Shown here in pieces: positions 45,919-55,532 of a stretch of 64,000 bases of DNA (positions are counted from its first letter, which is position 1; every line of letters begins with the position of its first letter). Below the pieces are notes generated by a model. The model had not been told where the DNA came from, did no database searches, and worked only from the letters and a program-made list of their open reading frames with translations. The DNA comes from a virus: the IMG/VR virus record IMGVR_UViG_3300023110_001773, positions 32,001 to 96,000 of that record, one strand, 5' to 3'. The translations under genes were made by a program, and so were the position numbers.

Positions 45919-47547
45919 TTATAAAAAATCTTTTCTCTCATCTGCCCACATCCAGTAGTCACCATCAATGACCTCTGCCTCTACTTCAAGTCCATTTTCT
46001 ATGAACCCGAATGGAGTCAGATCGGTTTGTATTGATCTCATTTGAGCGTTATACAATCCTTCTCGTATATCTACATCTGTTAAGTCTTTGAAGAACTGTT
46101 GAGTTGATAGCCACGCAAACAAAACCATACACATGGCCAAGTCATCGTGATAACCTTCATCAGCAGAAAAGGAACCAGCCTTCTCTACGAATGTTGATAG
46201 TTCATTAATGCAATCAGCATCCCAAACTAAAAACTTACTTTCTTCTATTAAACTTTTTAAAGCAAGACAACCCTGCCTTTTTACAGCCTTCGATGTTCTG
46301 ACACCGAGAGTTGTCTGTTTTCCAAATCCAGGCGATACATACTGTTTATTTTTTTCTTGTACCGTACTAAAAATATTTTCGTATTCTAGTTCTTGGTGCA
46401 ATATGTCAACTACTTGTTGACCGATATCGTTATTCTCAATCAATACATACGCATTATTATAGTCTTTTGCCACTCTTGCAATAAAGTCTGGATACAGGAG
46501 CGGCGCCACCTTGTTGTCTCTAAACTTTCCAACAACACGGAAAGGCATTTCTGTAATATCAACAACAACAAAAGCAGAAAAATCTCCACCTATTCCCCTT
46601 GATGTGTCGGTTGTGATTACATAATATTTATTTTCTTTCGGTTCTTCATAAATGTCTAGTCCATCTTTCTTATATATGACCTCTTTGGAAGACATCATAG
46701 ACAGTGCTTTACCACTAATCAGAGTGTTGGTTGACCCCAAGAACTCACATAAAACTTCCTGATTGTACTTTACTTCACCGAGAAGTTTAAACTGTTCTTC
46801 TGCCCACTTCTCATCTCTGCCTGGGATTTCGGTGTAGTGGATGAACATATTTTTAAAACCATTGGTTCCCTTCTCCGATTCGTTCCAGAATTTCCAGAAG
46901 TGATTGTAACCCAACGGGGTAGATGTCAAAAGAATCTTTGTAGTTTCACCAGCAGAAATAGTAGGATATACGGAAGCAAAAAACTCATCCGCAATGTTGT
47001 TTGGAATGATCGCCGCCTCATCAATGTACAACCAGTTTACAGACTTACCACGAATACCAGATGTCGTTGTAGCAGAGGTGAATACCCGAGAACCATTCTC
47101 AAGATCAACGTCACCCTTGTTCCAAGTCTTTACGCCTTGTTGCATCCATATAGGCAAATTTTCATACATGATTTGATATCGAGACAGAACCTCTCTCGCA
47201 GCAGCGGTCTTGTTTGCCATGATTGCCACCATCTTGTTGTCTTGAAAGATAGTGTAATGCAAAATACAAGCAGCTGCGGTGATCGTTTTGCCTTGCTGAC
47301 GACCTTCCATCAAGATAGTCTTACGATTATTCATAATAAAATCAACTTTATTTTTCTGACAATCGTATAGTTTAAAAGGTTGCAAACCTCTATCAAGAGT
47401 TACAATCTTGCAATAGTTTTCTATGAAATAGATGGGGTCTTCGGAACACTTAACAAACTCTGTCAGTTGTTCTTTTGTGAAATCGTGTTGATATCCAACT
47501 GGTTTGAGATTTGGGTTTCCGTGATAGGAGGTATCAATCTGGCTCAT
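45919..47547 (-). CDS. 17: Terminase large subunit
   Basis: GRQQGKT, IDEAA, STPLG, HDDLAM. Confidence 0.97.
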   Translation of the reverse strand: MSQIDTSYHGNPNLKPVGYQHDFTKEQLTEFVKCSEDPIYFIENYCKIVTLDRGLQPFKLYDCQKNKVDFIMNNRKTILMEGRQQGKTITAAACILHYTIFQDNKMVAIMANKTAAAREVLSRYQIMYENLPIWMQQGVKTWNKGDVDLENGSRVFTSATTTSGIRGKSVNWLYIDEAAIIPNNIADEFFASVYPTISAGETTKILLTSTPLGYNHFWKFWNESEKGTNGFKNMFIHYTEIPGRDEKWAEEQFKLLGEVKYNQEVLCEFLGSTNTLISGKALSMMSSKEVIYKKDGLDIYEEPKENKYYVITTDTSRGIGGDFSAFVVVDITEMPFRVVGKFRDNKVAPLLYPDFIARVAKDYNNAYVLIENNDIGQQVVDILHQELEYENIFSTVQEKNKQYVSPGFGKQTTLGVRTSKAVKRQGCLALKSLIEESKFLVWDADCINELSTFVEKAGSFSADEGYHDDLAMCMVLFAWLSTQQFFKDLTDVDIREGLYNAQMRSIQTDLTPFGFIENGLEVEAEVIDGDYWMWADERKDFL

Positions 47548-47971
47548 GGTCTATAACATTCTCATTTTTTTCATCACGAATTGCTTTAAGAATATCGCTG
47601 GTAGTACCAGCAAAAACTATATTATTTTGTGTTTTTATGAGGGGTTTCTCAACACCAGACTTGACATCTATGCGATTCTTTTTCTCTTGAATCTCCATGA
47701 CATCTTTTGCCTGTTCACCCATTGTCTTGATAATCTGACCAGCAACCTCGTATGCTCTAGGGTTATCGCTGTTCATTGCAACATTCAAAATGCCTTCAGC
47801 AGCCTGTTCGCTATAGGCCATTGCTTTCTCAAGAGTTTGTCTAGCCTTTTGGAAGTCGGTATCAACATCGTTGTTACCAGTTTCGGCCGGAGGTTTCACT
47901 TGATTGGTTTCCGTAGAAACCGTTTGAAATGTTTTATCTAGAGCGTCAAAAACTTTATTTCTGCTCATCAC
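47534..47971 (-). CDS. 16: Terminase small subunit
   Basis: DFQKAR, PRAYEVA, NNIVFAGTT. Confidence 0.9.
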   Translation of the reverse strand: MMSRNKVFDALDKTFQTVSTETNQVKPPAETGNNDVDTDFQKARQTLEKAMAYSEQAAEGILNVAMNSDNPRAYEVAGQIIKTMGEQAKDVMEIQEKKNRIDVKSGVEKPLIKTQNNIVFAGTTSDILKAIRDEKNENVIDHEPD

Positions 47972-47976
47972 ATCAC

Positions 47977-48978
47977 CTATTCATATACTTGTTCAAATTC
48001 TTCAATGAACCTATATGGTTCATCCTTGTATGGGTTTGGATTGTAGTTCGGTGGTTCCTCAAAGGCAACGGCAGGTGGTGTTATGTATCCAGAACCAGCA
48101 TCGTCAATGACAATTTTTGTCACAACTCCATTTGTAATTTCTGCGTGTGCTCTAGCGTTACCATCTATAGTTATATTAGGTGCGCTTTCTGTATATCCTT
48201 CTCCACCATATTCTATTTCAATTTGACTAACAGAACCGTTTTGTATAGATGCAGTTGCTACTGGCAAAGTACCAGTGACCTCAAACCCAAACTTGATATG
48301 TGGGCCTTGCATATCTGGATTTTCGTATGTTCTTGCAATAGACTTTTTGATGAAACCTTGGTTCTGTATAAACCCATAGTAATTAAGTTTCATCGTAAAA
48401 GTCAAAGACCACACAATACTTTGTCTTGCCGCAAAATCTCCTTCATACTGATCTTCAAAAGTTACGCTGTCCAGTACAATTTTTATGTCTCTTTTGATTC
48501 CCATTTCTGGTAGATCATTAACCGTCACACTAAAATCTGGATTGAAGTATGGTAGAATCTGTTCTACAATCTGTAGTGCATCTTCTTGGTTTTTAGAAAA
48601 AATATATAATCCCATTTGCATATCATATGGAGTAGATACGAAAGACTTTCTATATGTGTTAGAATCATCTCCATCACCAACAGCAATGGTTTTTTGTACC
48701 TGTGATATTTTTCTACTGGGATCAAAATTAAATCCAAGAATCTCAAACCCCATTCTGGGGAGAGATATTGCTACCTCACCTCTGGATTCTGCATCAGGAA
48801 CCTGTGCAATACGAGACAGAAATTTTTGTTTTGGTGAGTAAGCAAGAGGCACACGAAGATTCTGAGCAACATCACCATCGGCATTTCTTCTTTCTATCTG
48901 AATATTATTAAAGATAGTGCCGAAAGCTATGATTGCTTTCTTTGTATGTTTGTGATAAAATTGTCTATTCTGAAACAT
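47977..48978 (-). CDS. 15: Tail sheath stabilizer with C-terminal GxGY-repeat insertion
   Basis: AFGTIFNNI, VPLAYSPKQK, LPRMGFE, EQILPYF. Confidence 0.9.
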   Translation of the reverse strand: MFQNRQFYHKHTKKAIIAFGTIFNNIQIERRNADGDVAQNLRVPLAYSPKQKFLSRIAQVPDAESRGEVAISLPRMGFEILGFNFDPSRKISQVQKTIAVGDGDDSNTYRKSFVSTPYDMQMGLYIFSKNQEDALQIVEQILPYFNPDFSVTVNDLPEMGIKRDIKIVLDSVTFEDQYEGDFAARQSIVWSLTFTMKLNYYGFIQNQGFIKKSIARTYENPDMQGPHIKFGFEVTGTLPVATASIQNGSVSQIEIEYGGEGYTESAPNITIDGNARAHAEITNGVVTKIVIDDAGSGYITPPAVAFEEPPNYNPNPYKDEPYRFIEEFEQVYE

Positions 48979-49724
48979 TATCTTAACTCACCAAATGGGT
49001 TGACTTCACTGAAATCAAGAATATCTTCTAAGTCTTGCAGTGTATCAAAATCTGTGTTGTCGGTATTGGCCAATGCTTTTTGTGCAGCAAATTCTTCCAA
49101 TATAAGAGTCCCATTATCTTCAAGTACCAATGCATTACCATCTTCAAGTAGAAACTGAAATGCCAACATATCGATTGACTGTTCATCTGCAACAACATCA
49201 AGATCGCCAATACCAGTGTCGATGATTTCAGAAGAGTACTCGAACAATTCGCATTGCAATTTGAACACATAAATCTTTCCTAATTGATAGAAAGGATTTT
49301 GAAATTCTACATATTTAATCTCAAAGATAGAACCAGTCTTTTCAAAATATAACAAGTCACCTTCTGCTGGTCTTGCGTCCAACTGAAAGTCTCCACCAGT
49401 AGTGACAACCATTTCTTCCCATCTTCTCTTTGACAGAACAAATGTTGCAGAATCTCTAATTTCTATACCAAATTTTGTAAATAAATCTCCCTCACCTTCA
49501 AACCCATCTACGTTTTCTAAATACATTTCTAGAGGATAGGCTTGTGTAAACTTAGACAATGCATCCTCATCAAGAATCAGGTCTCTGTTTACAATTGTTC
49601 TGGGAAGATAGTAAACATCGTGGCCGTAAATTTTGAGACTTTCAATAACTAAGTCTTCAACCAAACGTTGTTCGTTTGTTGTACCAGATGTGTTTCCAGA
49701 TTGGAAATAGAAGTTAGTAGCCAC
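48978..49724 (-). CDS. 14: Neck protein
   Basis: YYLPR, FTKFG, PAEGDLLY, PFYQLG, NPFG. Confidence 0.92.
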   Translation of the reverse strand: MATNFYFQSGNTSGTTNEQRLVEDLVIESLKIYGHDVYYLPRTIVNRDLILDEDALSKFTQAYPLEMYLENVDGFEGEGDLFTKFGIEIRDSATFVLSKRRWEEMVVTTGGDFQLDARPAEGDLLYFEKTGSIFEIKYVEFQNPFYQLGKIYVFKLQCELFEYSSEIIDTGIGDLDVVADEQSIDMLAFQFLLEDGNALVLEDNGTLILEEFAAQKALANTDNTDFDTLQDLEDILDFSEVNPFGELR

Positions 49725-49727
49725 GAT

Positions 49728-50687
49728 TTACCCCACCATGAAGGAAGGAGGCAACTCGTACTTTAATTGCATTTCTTCTTCTATCTGAGATATCTCTTGT
49801 ACTGCCTCTTGATAGATGGTTTCACCATTAAGAGTAACTCCGCCCGGCATTTGGATGCCTTGGAATTTTTTCATATTTTCACCCCACTGTTTCTTGATTA
49901 ATGCGGTTGCATATCTCTTTAGAAACATGTCATCGTAAACCTCGGTGTATTCACTGGGGTCTAATATTGCATAAGCTTCAGCTACAATATAGTCTCCAAT
50001 GTCATATGTCTCTGACAAGTCTGCATCAATATGCAGCTTGTTTGTTTTTCTGTTCCACCTAATCTGTCTTTCGTTTCGGAACAGTTGTTCAAGAGTTGTC
50101 ATGTGACTCTTTGTCATTGCGTAGTATGTGACATCAGCAGACAACAAGTTGTATAGATCATTCAGTGCAAACTGGTAGTCAACATCAAACAGTCCGTCTG
50201 ACTTTCCTCCCACCAAGGAACCAAACTTAAACAATCTTACAATATTTAGGATGTTATTGCTGATAGGGACATATCCATTCTCAATGTCCCCCTTAGTATA
50301 TGGGGTCGAAGAAAGAGTAGCAGTATAACCAGAAGTATTACCAGTGATAGTTTCACTGGCAGCCCAAGTTCCCTTACTTTCTTCTACGGAGATGTCGTTT
50401 CCGTCCAAGGATACTATATTCGCAGTGGCCCCAGAAGTATTCCCCGTGATTAGTTCACCAACATGAAAGTTGCTAGCCAAAGAAGCCTGTAGGTTTACAG
50501 TAGAACCCGTCAGTTTATGTTTGACGTAAGTTCTTTCCGTACCATCAAAATGATATTCTTGCCAAAATTGTAATGCGTCATCAATTCTGTCTGAGATTTG
50601 ATCTTCATCGACATTTATTTCAATGACGGGAAAACCAAGTCTTCTCAGACAGTAATCAATGAGCTCCTGGCGACTTGATAAAGCCAT
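49728..50687 (-). CDS. 13: Neck protein
   Basis: YCLRRLGFPVIEINV, KQWGENM, PGGVTLNG. Confidence 0.92.
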   Translation of the reverse strand: MALSSRQELIDYCLRRLGFPVIEINVDEDQISDRIDDALQFWQEYHFDGTERTYVKHKLTGSTVNLQASLASNFHVGELITGNTSGATANIVSLDGNDISVEESKGTWAASETITGNTSGYTATLSSTPYTKGDIENGYVPISNNILNIVRLFKFGSLVGGKSDGLFDVDYQFALNDLYNLLSADVTYYAMTKSHMTTLEQLFRNERQIRWNRKTNKLHIDADLSETYDIGDYIVAEAYAILDPSEYTEVYDDMFLKRYATALIKKQWGENMKKFQGIQMPGGVTLNGETIYQEAVQEISQIEEEMQLKYELPPSFMVG

Positions 50688-50699
50688 TCAACTCTCCTA

Positions 50700-51887
50700 T
50701 CAGGAAGCATCAGCAGCGTATAGTCTCGCTTCAAGTTCTGCAATAGCTGCTTGAACGAATGCAGTCGTTGCAATCTGTGTAGTGTCAGTGCCTGTTGTAG
50801 CAGTAGGAGCGGTTGGAGTACCTGTCAGTGCAGGTGAAGCCAGTGCAGCCTTATCATCCAATTGTGTCTGAATATTGCTTGTTACACCATCAACATAGTT
50901 GAGTTCTGTTACAGTTGAAGTCAAACCTGTAAGTGTTACAGCAGTGGTCGCATTTGATGCTGTACCAGTCAAGTCACCAGTTACGTTACCCGTTAAGTTT
51001 GCTTCAACTGTTCCTGCGACAAATGTCTCAGAACCAATTGTCCACTTATCATTAGTTTCGTCCCAAAGGAATGTGACAGAAGTAGACCCACCACGAGAAA
51101 TACTGAGTCCAGCATCTTCCGTTGGACTTCCAGAGGTGAAGTTACTGTTAAGAACCAGAGTGTTGTCGGCAATGTTTACAGTTTCAGAGTTTACAGTAGT
51201 TGTTGTTCCAGAAACAGTTAAACTACCAGTAACAGTCATGTCATCATTAACCGTGACATTACCAGTTCCGTTACCACTCAATACCAAATTAGTATCGCTA
51301 CTATAAGTTGTGATCTGATTTACTTTGATATTGTTTGCAAAGGTAATATCGTTACCAGCAGAGTTGGTGATATTCTCACCGTCCGTAATCTGTAACGTAC
51401 CCTTAACTTGAATAACACCCGTACCAGTGGGATCAAATTCAATATCACCCGTACCAGATGTTTGTACACTAACATTCTGATTGGAGTCAGCAGAAATTGT
51501 AATTGTACCAGAGTTATCTGATACCACCTGTTGTCCGTTTACATACAGAGACCCCGGCCCAACATAGACATCTGCCCACTGTTTTGATGATGAACCGAGA
51601 CTTCTTGTGTTGTCTGCATCAGGAACGATGTCCTGATTTACCGATGAGAGAAATGTTCCAACTCTAGCATCCGTGTACCAAAGATTTGTAGAACCTTCAG
51701 TGATATCGTCTGTATCTGTAATTCCAGCAAGTTCCGAGTAAAGAGCGAGTCTAAATCCGCCTGCTGTTGAACCGTCATGAACACGCAACGTATTATTGGT
51801 AGTATCATAGGAAATCTCACCTTCTGCTCCAGTGAAGCTACCGTTCTGCGTTGCTGTTCCCCGTCTAAATTGTACCTGTGTTGGCAT
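50700..51887 (-). CDS. Fibre/appendage protein with Mtd_N-like N-terminus
   Basis: QVQFRRGT...GEISYDT...HDG; T/S/G-rich; ASPALTGTPTAPT. Confidence 0.7.
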   Translation of the reverse strand: MPTQVQFRRGTATQNGSFTGAEGEISYDTTNNTLRVHDGSTAGGFRLALYSELAGITDTDDITEGSTNLWYTDARVGTFLSSVNQDIVPDADNTRSLGSSSKQWADVYVGPGSLYVNGQQVVSDNSGTITISADSNQNVSVQTSGTGDIEFDPTGTGVIQVKGTLQITDGENITNSAGNDITFANNIKVNQITTYSSDTNLVLSGNGTGNVTVNDDMTVTGSLTVSGTTTTVNSETVNIADNTLVLNSNFTSGSPTEDAGLSISRGGSTSVTFLWDETNDKWTIGSETFVAGTVEANLTGNVTGDLTGTASNATTAVTLTGLTSTVTELNYVDGVTSNIQTQLDDKAALASPALTGTPTAPTATTGTDTTQIATTAFVQAAIAELEARLYAADAS

Positions 51888-51914
51888 AGTAGTTTCTTCC
51901 TATAATCTTATAAT

Positions 51915-52142
51915 CTAAAATGTTCCACCATCTAGCGAATCTACCTGAGCGCCAGGTATAGTGGCACTAGAATTAAGATTATTTAAATCCGCTCTGAGAT
52001 GTTCTATTCCTCCCTGAGTAGTACCATCGTGTACTACCAGAGCCTTTTTGGTTGTGTTGATAGTTATCTCGCCCTCTGCACCAGTAAAACTGGCGTGTTG
52101 GGTCGTAGTACCTCTTTTAAACTGAACTTGCGTGCCAGCCAT
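51915..52142 (-). CDS. Stand-alone Mtd_N-like small structural protein
   Basis: QVQFKRGT...GEITINT...HDG; ends LDGGTF. Confidence 0.6.
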   Translation of the reverse strand: MAGTQVQFKRGTTTQHASFTGAEGEITINTTKKALVVHDGTTQGGIEHLRADLNNLNSSATIPGAQVDSLDGGTF

Positions 52143-52154
52143 CTCTCTTTACCC

Positions 52155-52463
52155 TTATGATAATGCGCCCAAATCTTCGGTTGCTAAAGTACCAGTAGGT
52201 GTCGTTTTGCAATCAAAACTATTTTCAATAATTACTCCAAAAGCATCTGAATCTGGGTTGGTCAAACCACCATAGTCACCAGTTGGAAAGACTAAATTTG
52301 GATCACTTATGGAAAAATTTGCAATAGTAACAATATTATCAGCAGAGTCACGAACAAAAATCTTTTTATCAGCGGTATTTACTGCAACCTCACCCACCAC
52401 CAAATCACTGGTAGTTGGTAAAGAAGATGCAGTTTCGCTTCTTTTTAATTTAATCGTTGCCAC
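52155..52463 (-). CDS. Small fibre-associated protein
   Basis: MATIKLKRS...GEVAVNTAD. Confidence 0.55.
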   Translation of the reverse strand: MATIKLKRSETASSLPTTSDLVVGEVAVNTADKKIFVRDSADNIVTIANFSISDPNLVFPTGDYGGLTNPDSDAFGVIIENSFDCKTTPTGTLATEDLGALS

Positions 52464-52719
52464 TTATCTCTCCAGCAGAAAAATTAGCAGGTTGTTTTTT
52501 AAATTGACTTGGAGGAGAAACTTTCGGTGTTTTTTCTTCAACCTTTTTTGGTTGTACTAAAACCTTTTCCTCTGTCTCTTTATTTTCAACCGTCTCCAAT
52601 CTAGTTAGTTTTAAATTTGCAAACTCTAATTGAGATTTCAACAAAATGTTTTCTTGTTGTAACTCATTTACTTTAGTAGCCAATTTGTTCACATAAGTTT
52701 GTAAAAATTCTTCATCCAT
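52450..52719 (-). CDS. Hypothetical coiled-coil protein (possible fibre chaperone)
   Basis: Heptad N-terminal half; GGAG RBS. Confidence 0.55.
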   Translation of the reverse strand: MDEEFLQTYVNKLATKVNELQQENILLKSQLEFANLKLTRLETVENKETEEKVLVQPKKVEEKTPKVSPPSQFKKQPANFSAGEISGND

Positions 52720-52741
52720 TATATGTCTCCATAATATTAAT

Positions 52742-52760
52742 GGGGGGATAAACTCCCCCC
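52742..52760. terminator. Intergenic GC hairpin (putative terminator)
   Basis: GGGGGGA-TAAAC-TCCCCCC just after the 52771..54159 stop; T-tail is weak. Confidence 0.45.
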
Positions 52761-52770
52761 GTCAATTTAA

Positions 52771-54159
52771 TTAGTAAGAACCGCCATCAATAGCAAGTTC
52801 TACCCACTCTGGTGTCCCATTGTTAGAACGTAGGTAGTAACCATCAGCTCCAGCAGCAGTAGCCTGAATTGCACCAGTACCGTTACCAAAAAGAATACCG
52901 TTGCTGGTCAGTGTAGTAGCACCAGTACCACCATCGGCAACTGCGATTGCGGCAGACAGACCAGAAACAGTACCACTGGTCAAGTTGCCTTCGATGTTAG
53001 CAACCAATGTTGCAACTGCATAACCAGTTGAACCAGTGTCTACTGTAGTAGTAGGAGCAGACTGAGAGTCCTTAAACAGTTTCCACTTACCACTGTCAGA
53101 CGCATCACGGAACAGACCAGCGTACAGGTCTTGTGAACCAGATGTGTCATACAGACCGTAGAAACCAACGTCCACTGAGTCGGATGAATTGTTGCCAGAA
53201 GCCAACTTGAACAGCGGGTCAGTAACGTCCAAGTTTGTGGTGTTTACTGTGGTAGTTGTACCGTTTACAGTAAGGTTACCAGAAACCGTCAAGTTACCAC
53301 CAACAGTCGGGTTAGTTGCAAGACCAACCGTGACTTGGTTGTTAGAAACCGCAGTTGTTACTTCGTTCGCAGTACCAGCAAAGGTAAGAGTCTCACCACC
53401 GTTTACCGTATCAGTTGTACCACTGTCAGCAGCGACATCAAAAGACGTTGCAATCGCAGCGGTAGTTGCAGCAGTGATACGACCCTGTGCATCAACCGTG
53501 ATTACGGGAACAGCAGTTGTAGAACCGTAAGATGAGGCAGTAACACCAGAAGCAGGCATACTGATTTGACCGCCAGACTTAGAAAGAGTGGAGTCAACAC
53601 TAATTGCAGCCTGTGCTCTTGCGTCTGTGTAGTAGAGGTTAGTAGAACCTTCTGCTAGGTCATCGGTATCGTTGTCAGAAAAATCGTCAGCATCAGCAGC
53701 AGGAGCCCAACTTGTACCATTGTACTTCAGTACTTGACCAGAAGTCGCACCAGATGTTGAAACGTCACTAAGGTTGTCAATTGCAATGGTGATATCAGCA
53801 GAACCATCGAAAGACTGACCAGCGATGTTACGAGCAGTTTCCAAAACTGTTGCATCTGAAGCAGTACCATTTAGGTCAGCAGTAATAGTACCAGCAGAGA
53901 AGTTACCAGAACCATCTCTCTTGACAATCTTACTTGCAGTATTTGCATCAGTAGCACCATCTACTGCATCGGTATAGTACTTACCACCGATTGCATGAAT
54001 AACCTGTTGTGAACCAGAATCAAGAGACTCAATGTACAGTTTGGCGCCCGCACCATCTCCAGACTGATCTTCTGCATAAGCAAGTTCTCCCTGCACCAAA
54101 TCACTGGTGCCTGGAGCAGCGCTTCCACTCGATCTTTTGATTTGAATTGTTGTTGCCAT
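52771..54159 (-). CDS. Fibre/appendage protein
   Basis: MATTIQIKRS...GELAY; S/T/G/A-rich fibre modules; ends IDGGSY. Confidence 0.7.
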   Translation of the reverse strand: MATTIQIKRSSGSAAPGTSDLVQGELAYAEDQSGDGAGAKLYIESLDSGSQQVIHAIGGKYYTDAVDGATDANTASKIVKRDGSGNFSAGTITADLNGTASDATVLETARNIAGQSFDGSADITIAIDNLSDVSTSGATSGQVLKYNGTSWAPAADADDFSDNDTDDLAEGSTNLYYTDARAQAAISVDSTLSKSGGQISMPASGVTASSYGSTTAVPVITVDAQGRITAATTAAIATSFDVAADSGTTDTVNGGETLTFAGTANEVTTAVSNNQVTVGLATNPTVGGNLTVSGNLTVNGTTTTVNTTNLDVTDPLFKLASGNNSSDSVDVGFYGLYDTSGSQDLYAGLFRDASDSGKWKLFKDSQSAPTTTVDTGSTGYAVATLVANIEGNLTSGTVSGLSAAIAVADGGTGATTLTSNGILFGNGTGAIQATAAGADGYYLRSNNGTPEWVELAIDGGSY

Positions 54160-54201
54160 TTAGTTTCTCCCAATTAAGGTTTGTTTTTTGTTATCTAAAA
54201 T

Positions 54202-54432
54202 TTAAAAAGTTCCACCATCAATACTGTTTACTTGGACATCTGCCGAAGTCAGTGGAGCAGCTTCCCAATTTCCTGAAGCGGCATTATAAACAAGAGTCTC
54301 TCCATCCTGTGCGTCAGTAACATCAACACCAGCAAGACCTTCTATTCTAGTAGAAGTCTGAGTTTTAGAGTTAGTAGTAGTAGTAACTCTTTTTGTAGAT
54401 GTGGGCGTATTAACCCTTACTCTGACTACCAT
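54202..54432 (-). CDS. Small fibre-associated protein
   Basis: DV...DGETLVYN...WEA module; ends IDGGTF. Confidence 0.55.
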   Translation of the reverse strand: MVVRVRVNTPTSTKRVTTTTNSKTQTSTRIEGLAGVDVTDAQDGETLVYNAASGNWEAAPLTSADVQVNSIDGGTF

Positions 54433-54758
54433 TACCTAGTTACCTCTGGGGTTACTGTAATAATGCCTTCTAATATCCTCAGTGTTTCCGAGGGGTCTTC
54501 AATTTCTAAATCATAAACATATCTACCAGCTTTCAAAGCACTTGTTTGTGCTGAAGTTAAACTCATTGTAACTTCTCCAGTCAAATCAACTTTGCTCGTT
54601 GTAAAAGCTGTATAAGTATTAGTATAATAACTCTTTCTAAGTTGAGCTCTAGGAGTATATAAAGACAAGTCTTTTGGACTCCCATCATCATTAGTTAGGT
54701 CAATCGACAAGGCAAAAGTTGTTCCCTGATCAATTACCAAATTTTGTACAGTAGCCAT
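54432..54758 (-). CDS. BppU-like Ig-fold adaptor protein
   Basis: IDQGTTF, GRYVYDLEI, LEGIITVTPEVT; late promoter at 54782-54789. Confidence 0.6.
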   Translation of the reverse strand: MATVQNLVIDQGTTFALSIDLTNDDGSPKDLSLYTPRAQLRKSYYTNTYTAFTTSKVDLTGEVTMSLTSAQTSALKAGRYVYDLEIEDPSETLRILEGIITVTPEVTR

Positions 54759-54803
54759 TTATGATTCCATCTTTTACAAGTTATTTATAAGAAAAAGAAA
54801 CTT

Positions 54804-55532
54804 ATGAAATCCGTGATAACATTGAAGTTTGGAGACAAATATAACTCCAACGATGTCAATTGTATTTATGATAATTCAAATATTTACAGACATGTCTGTA
54901 TCACAGACGATCCAGCAGGATTAAATCCCAACATAGAAATTATACCAATAGATTCTGATACCGATGGATGTTGGGAAAAAATAAAAATTTTCAAGAATGA
55001 TTGGGTTGGGGATTGCCTCTATCTAGACTTAGATGTTATAATACAGGGTAGTTTAGATAGGTTGTTTAATCACTGTTCAACACCGACAATATGTTATTGC
55101 TATTGGAAAAATAAAGATACTCATGAAACCAAGAATAGAAGATACCAACGAGAGATGCCATACCTTGGAAATGGACTATCAACTGATCCGTGGATGCAAA
55201 AATGGAAAGGTCTTTATAATTCCAGCGTAATGGTTTGGAATGGGAATGATGCAAGATACATTTACGATCATTTTGAAAAAAATGATGAATATTTCATGAC
55301 TAAATATTGTGGTGATGATAGATTTTTATATCATGAAAATATGTTTGACAATGTATTTCCAAAAGGATTAATCTATTCGTTGACGGGAGGCGTAGATTTA
55401 GACACGGACGTATCTCCAAGAGGGTATCAAATAAAACCAGACTATCCAATAGTTTTGTTAAACGGTAACGAACCAAAAGAAGAATTGAGAAAAAAATATT
55501 ATGATGCACTTTCTCTGCATGAAATGGGGTAA
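54804..55532 (+). CDS. GT-A glycosyltransferase (KWG type), paralog 1
   Basis: LKFGDKY, CITDD, YLDLDV (DxD), YNSSVMVW, GDD. Confidence 0.75.
   Translation: MKSVITLKFGDKYNSNDVNCIYDNSNIYRHVCITDDPAGLNPNIEIIPIDSDTDGCWEKIKIFKNDWVGDCLYLDLDVIIQGSLDRLFNHCSTPTICYCYWKNKDTHETKNRRYQREMPYLGNGLSTDPWMQKWKGLYNSSVMVWNGNDARYIYDHFEKNDEYFMTKYCGDDRFLYHENMFDNVFPKGLIYSLTGGVDLDTDVSPRGYQIKPDYPIVLLNGNEPKEELRKKYYDALSLHEMG

Noticed and set aside
12478-47547. Introns, inteins or homing endonucleases in genes 43, 46/47, uvsW, 17 and 20
   Set aside because: The genes are uninterrupted and of normal length; no HNH, GIY-YIG or LAGLIDADG motifs were recognised.
50700-52142. Diversity-generating retroelement suggested by Mtd_N-like domains
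   Set aside because: No reverse transcriptase and no template/variable repeat pair differing at adenines were seen in the window.
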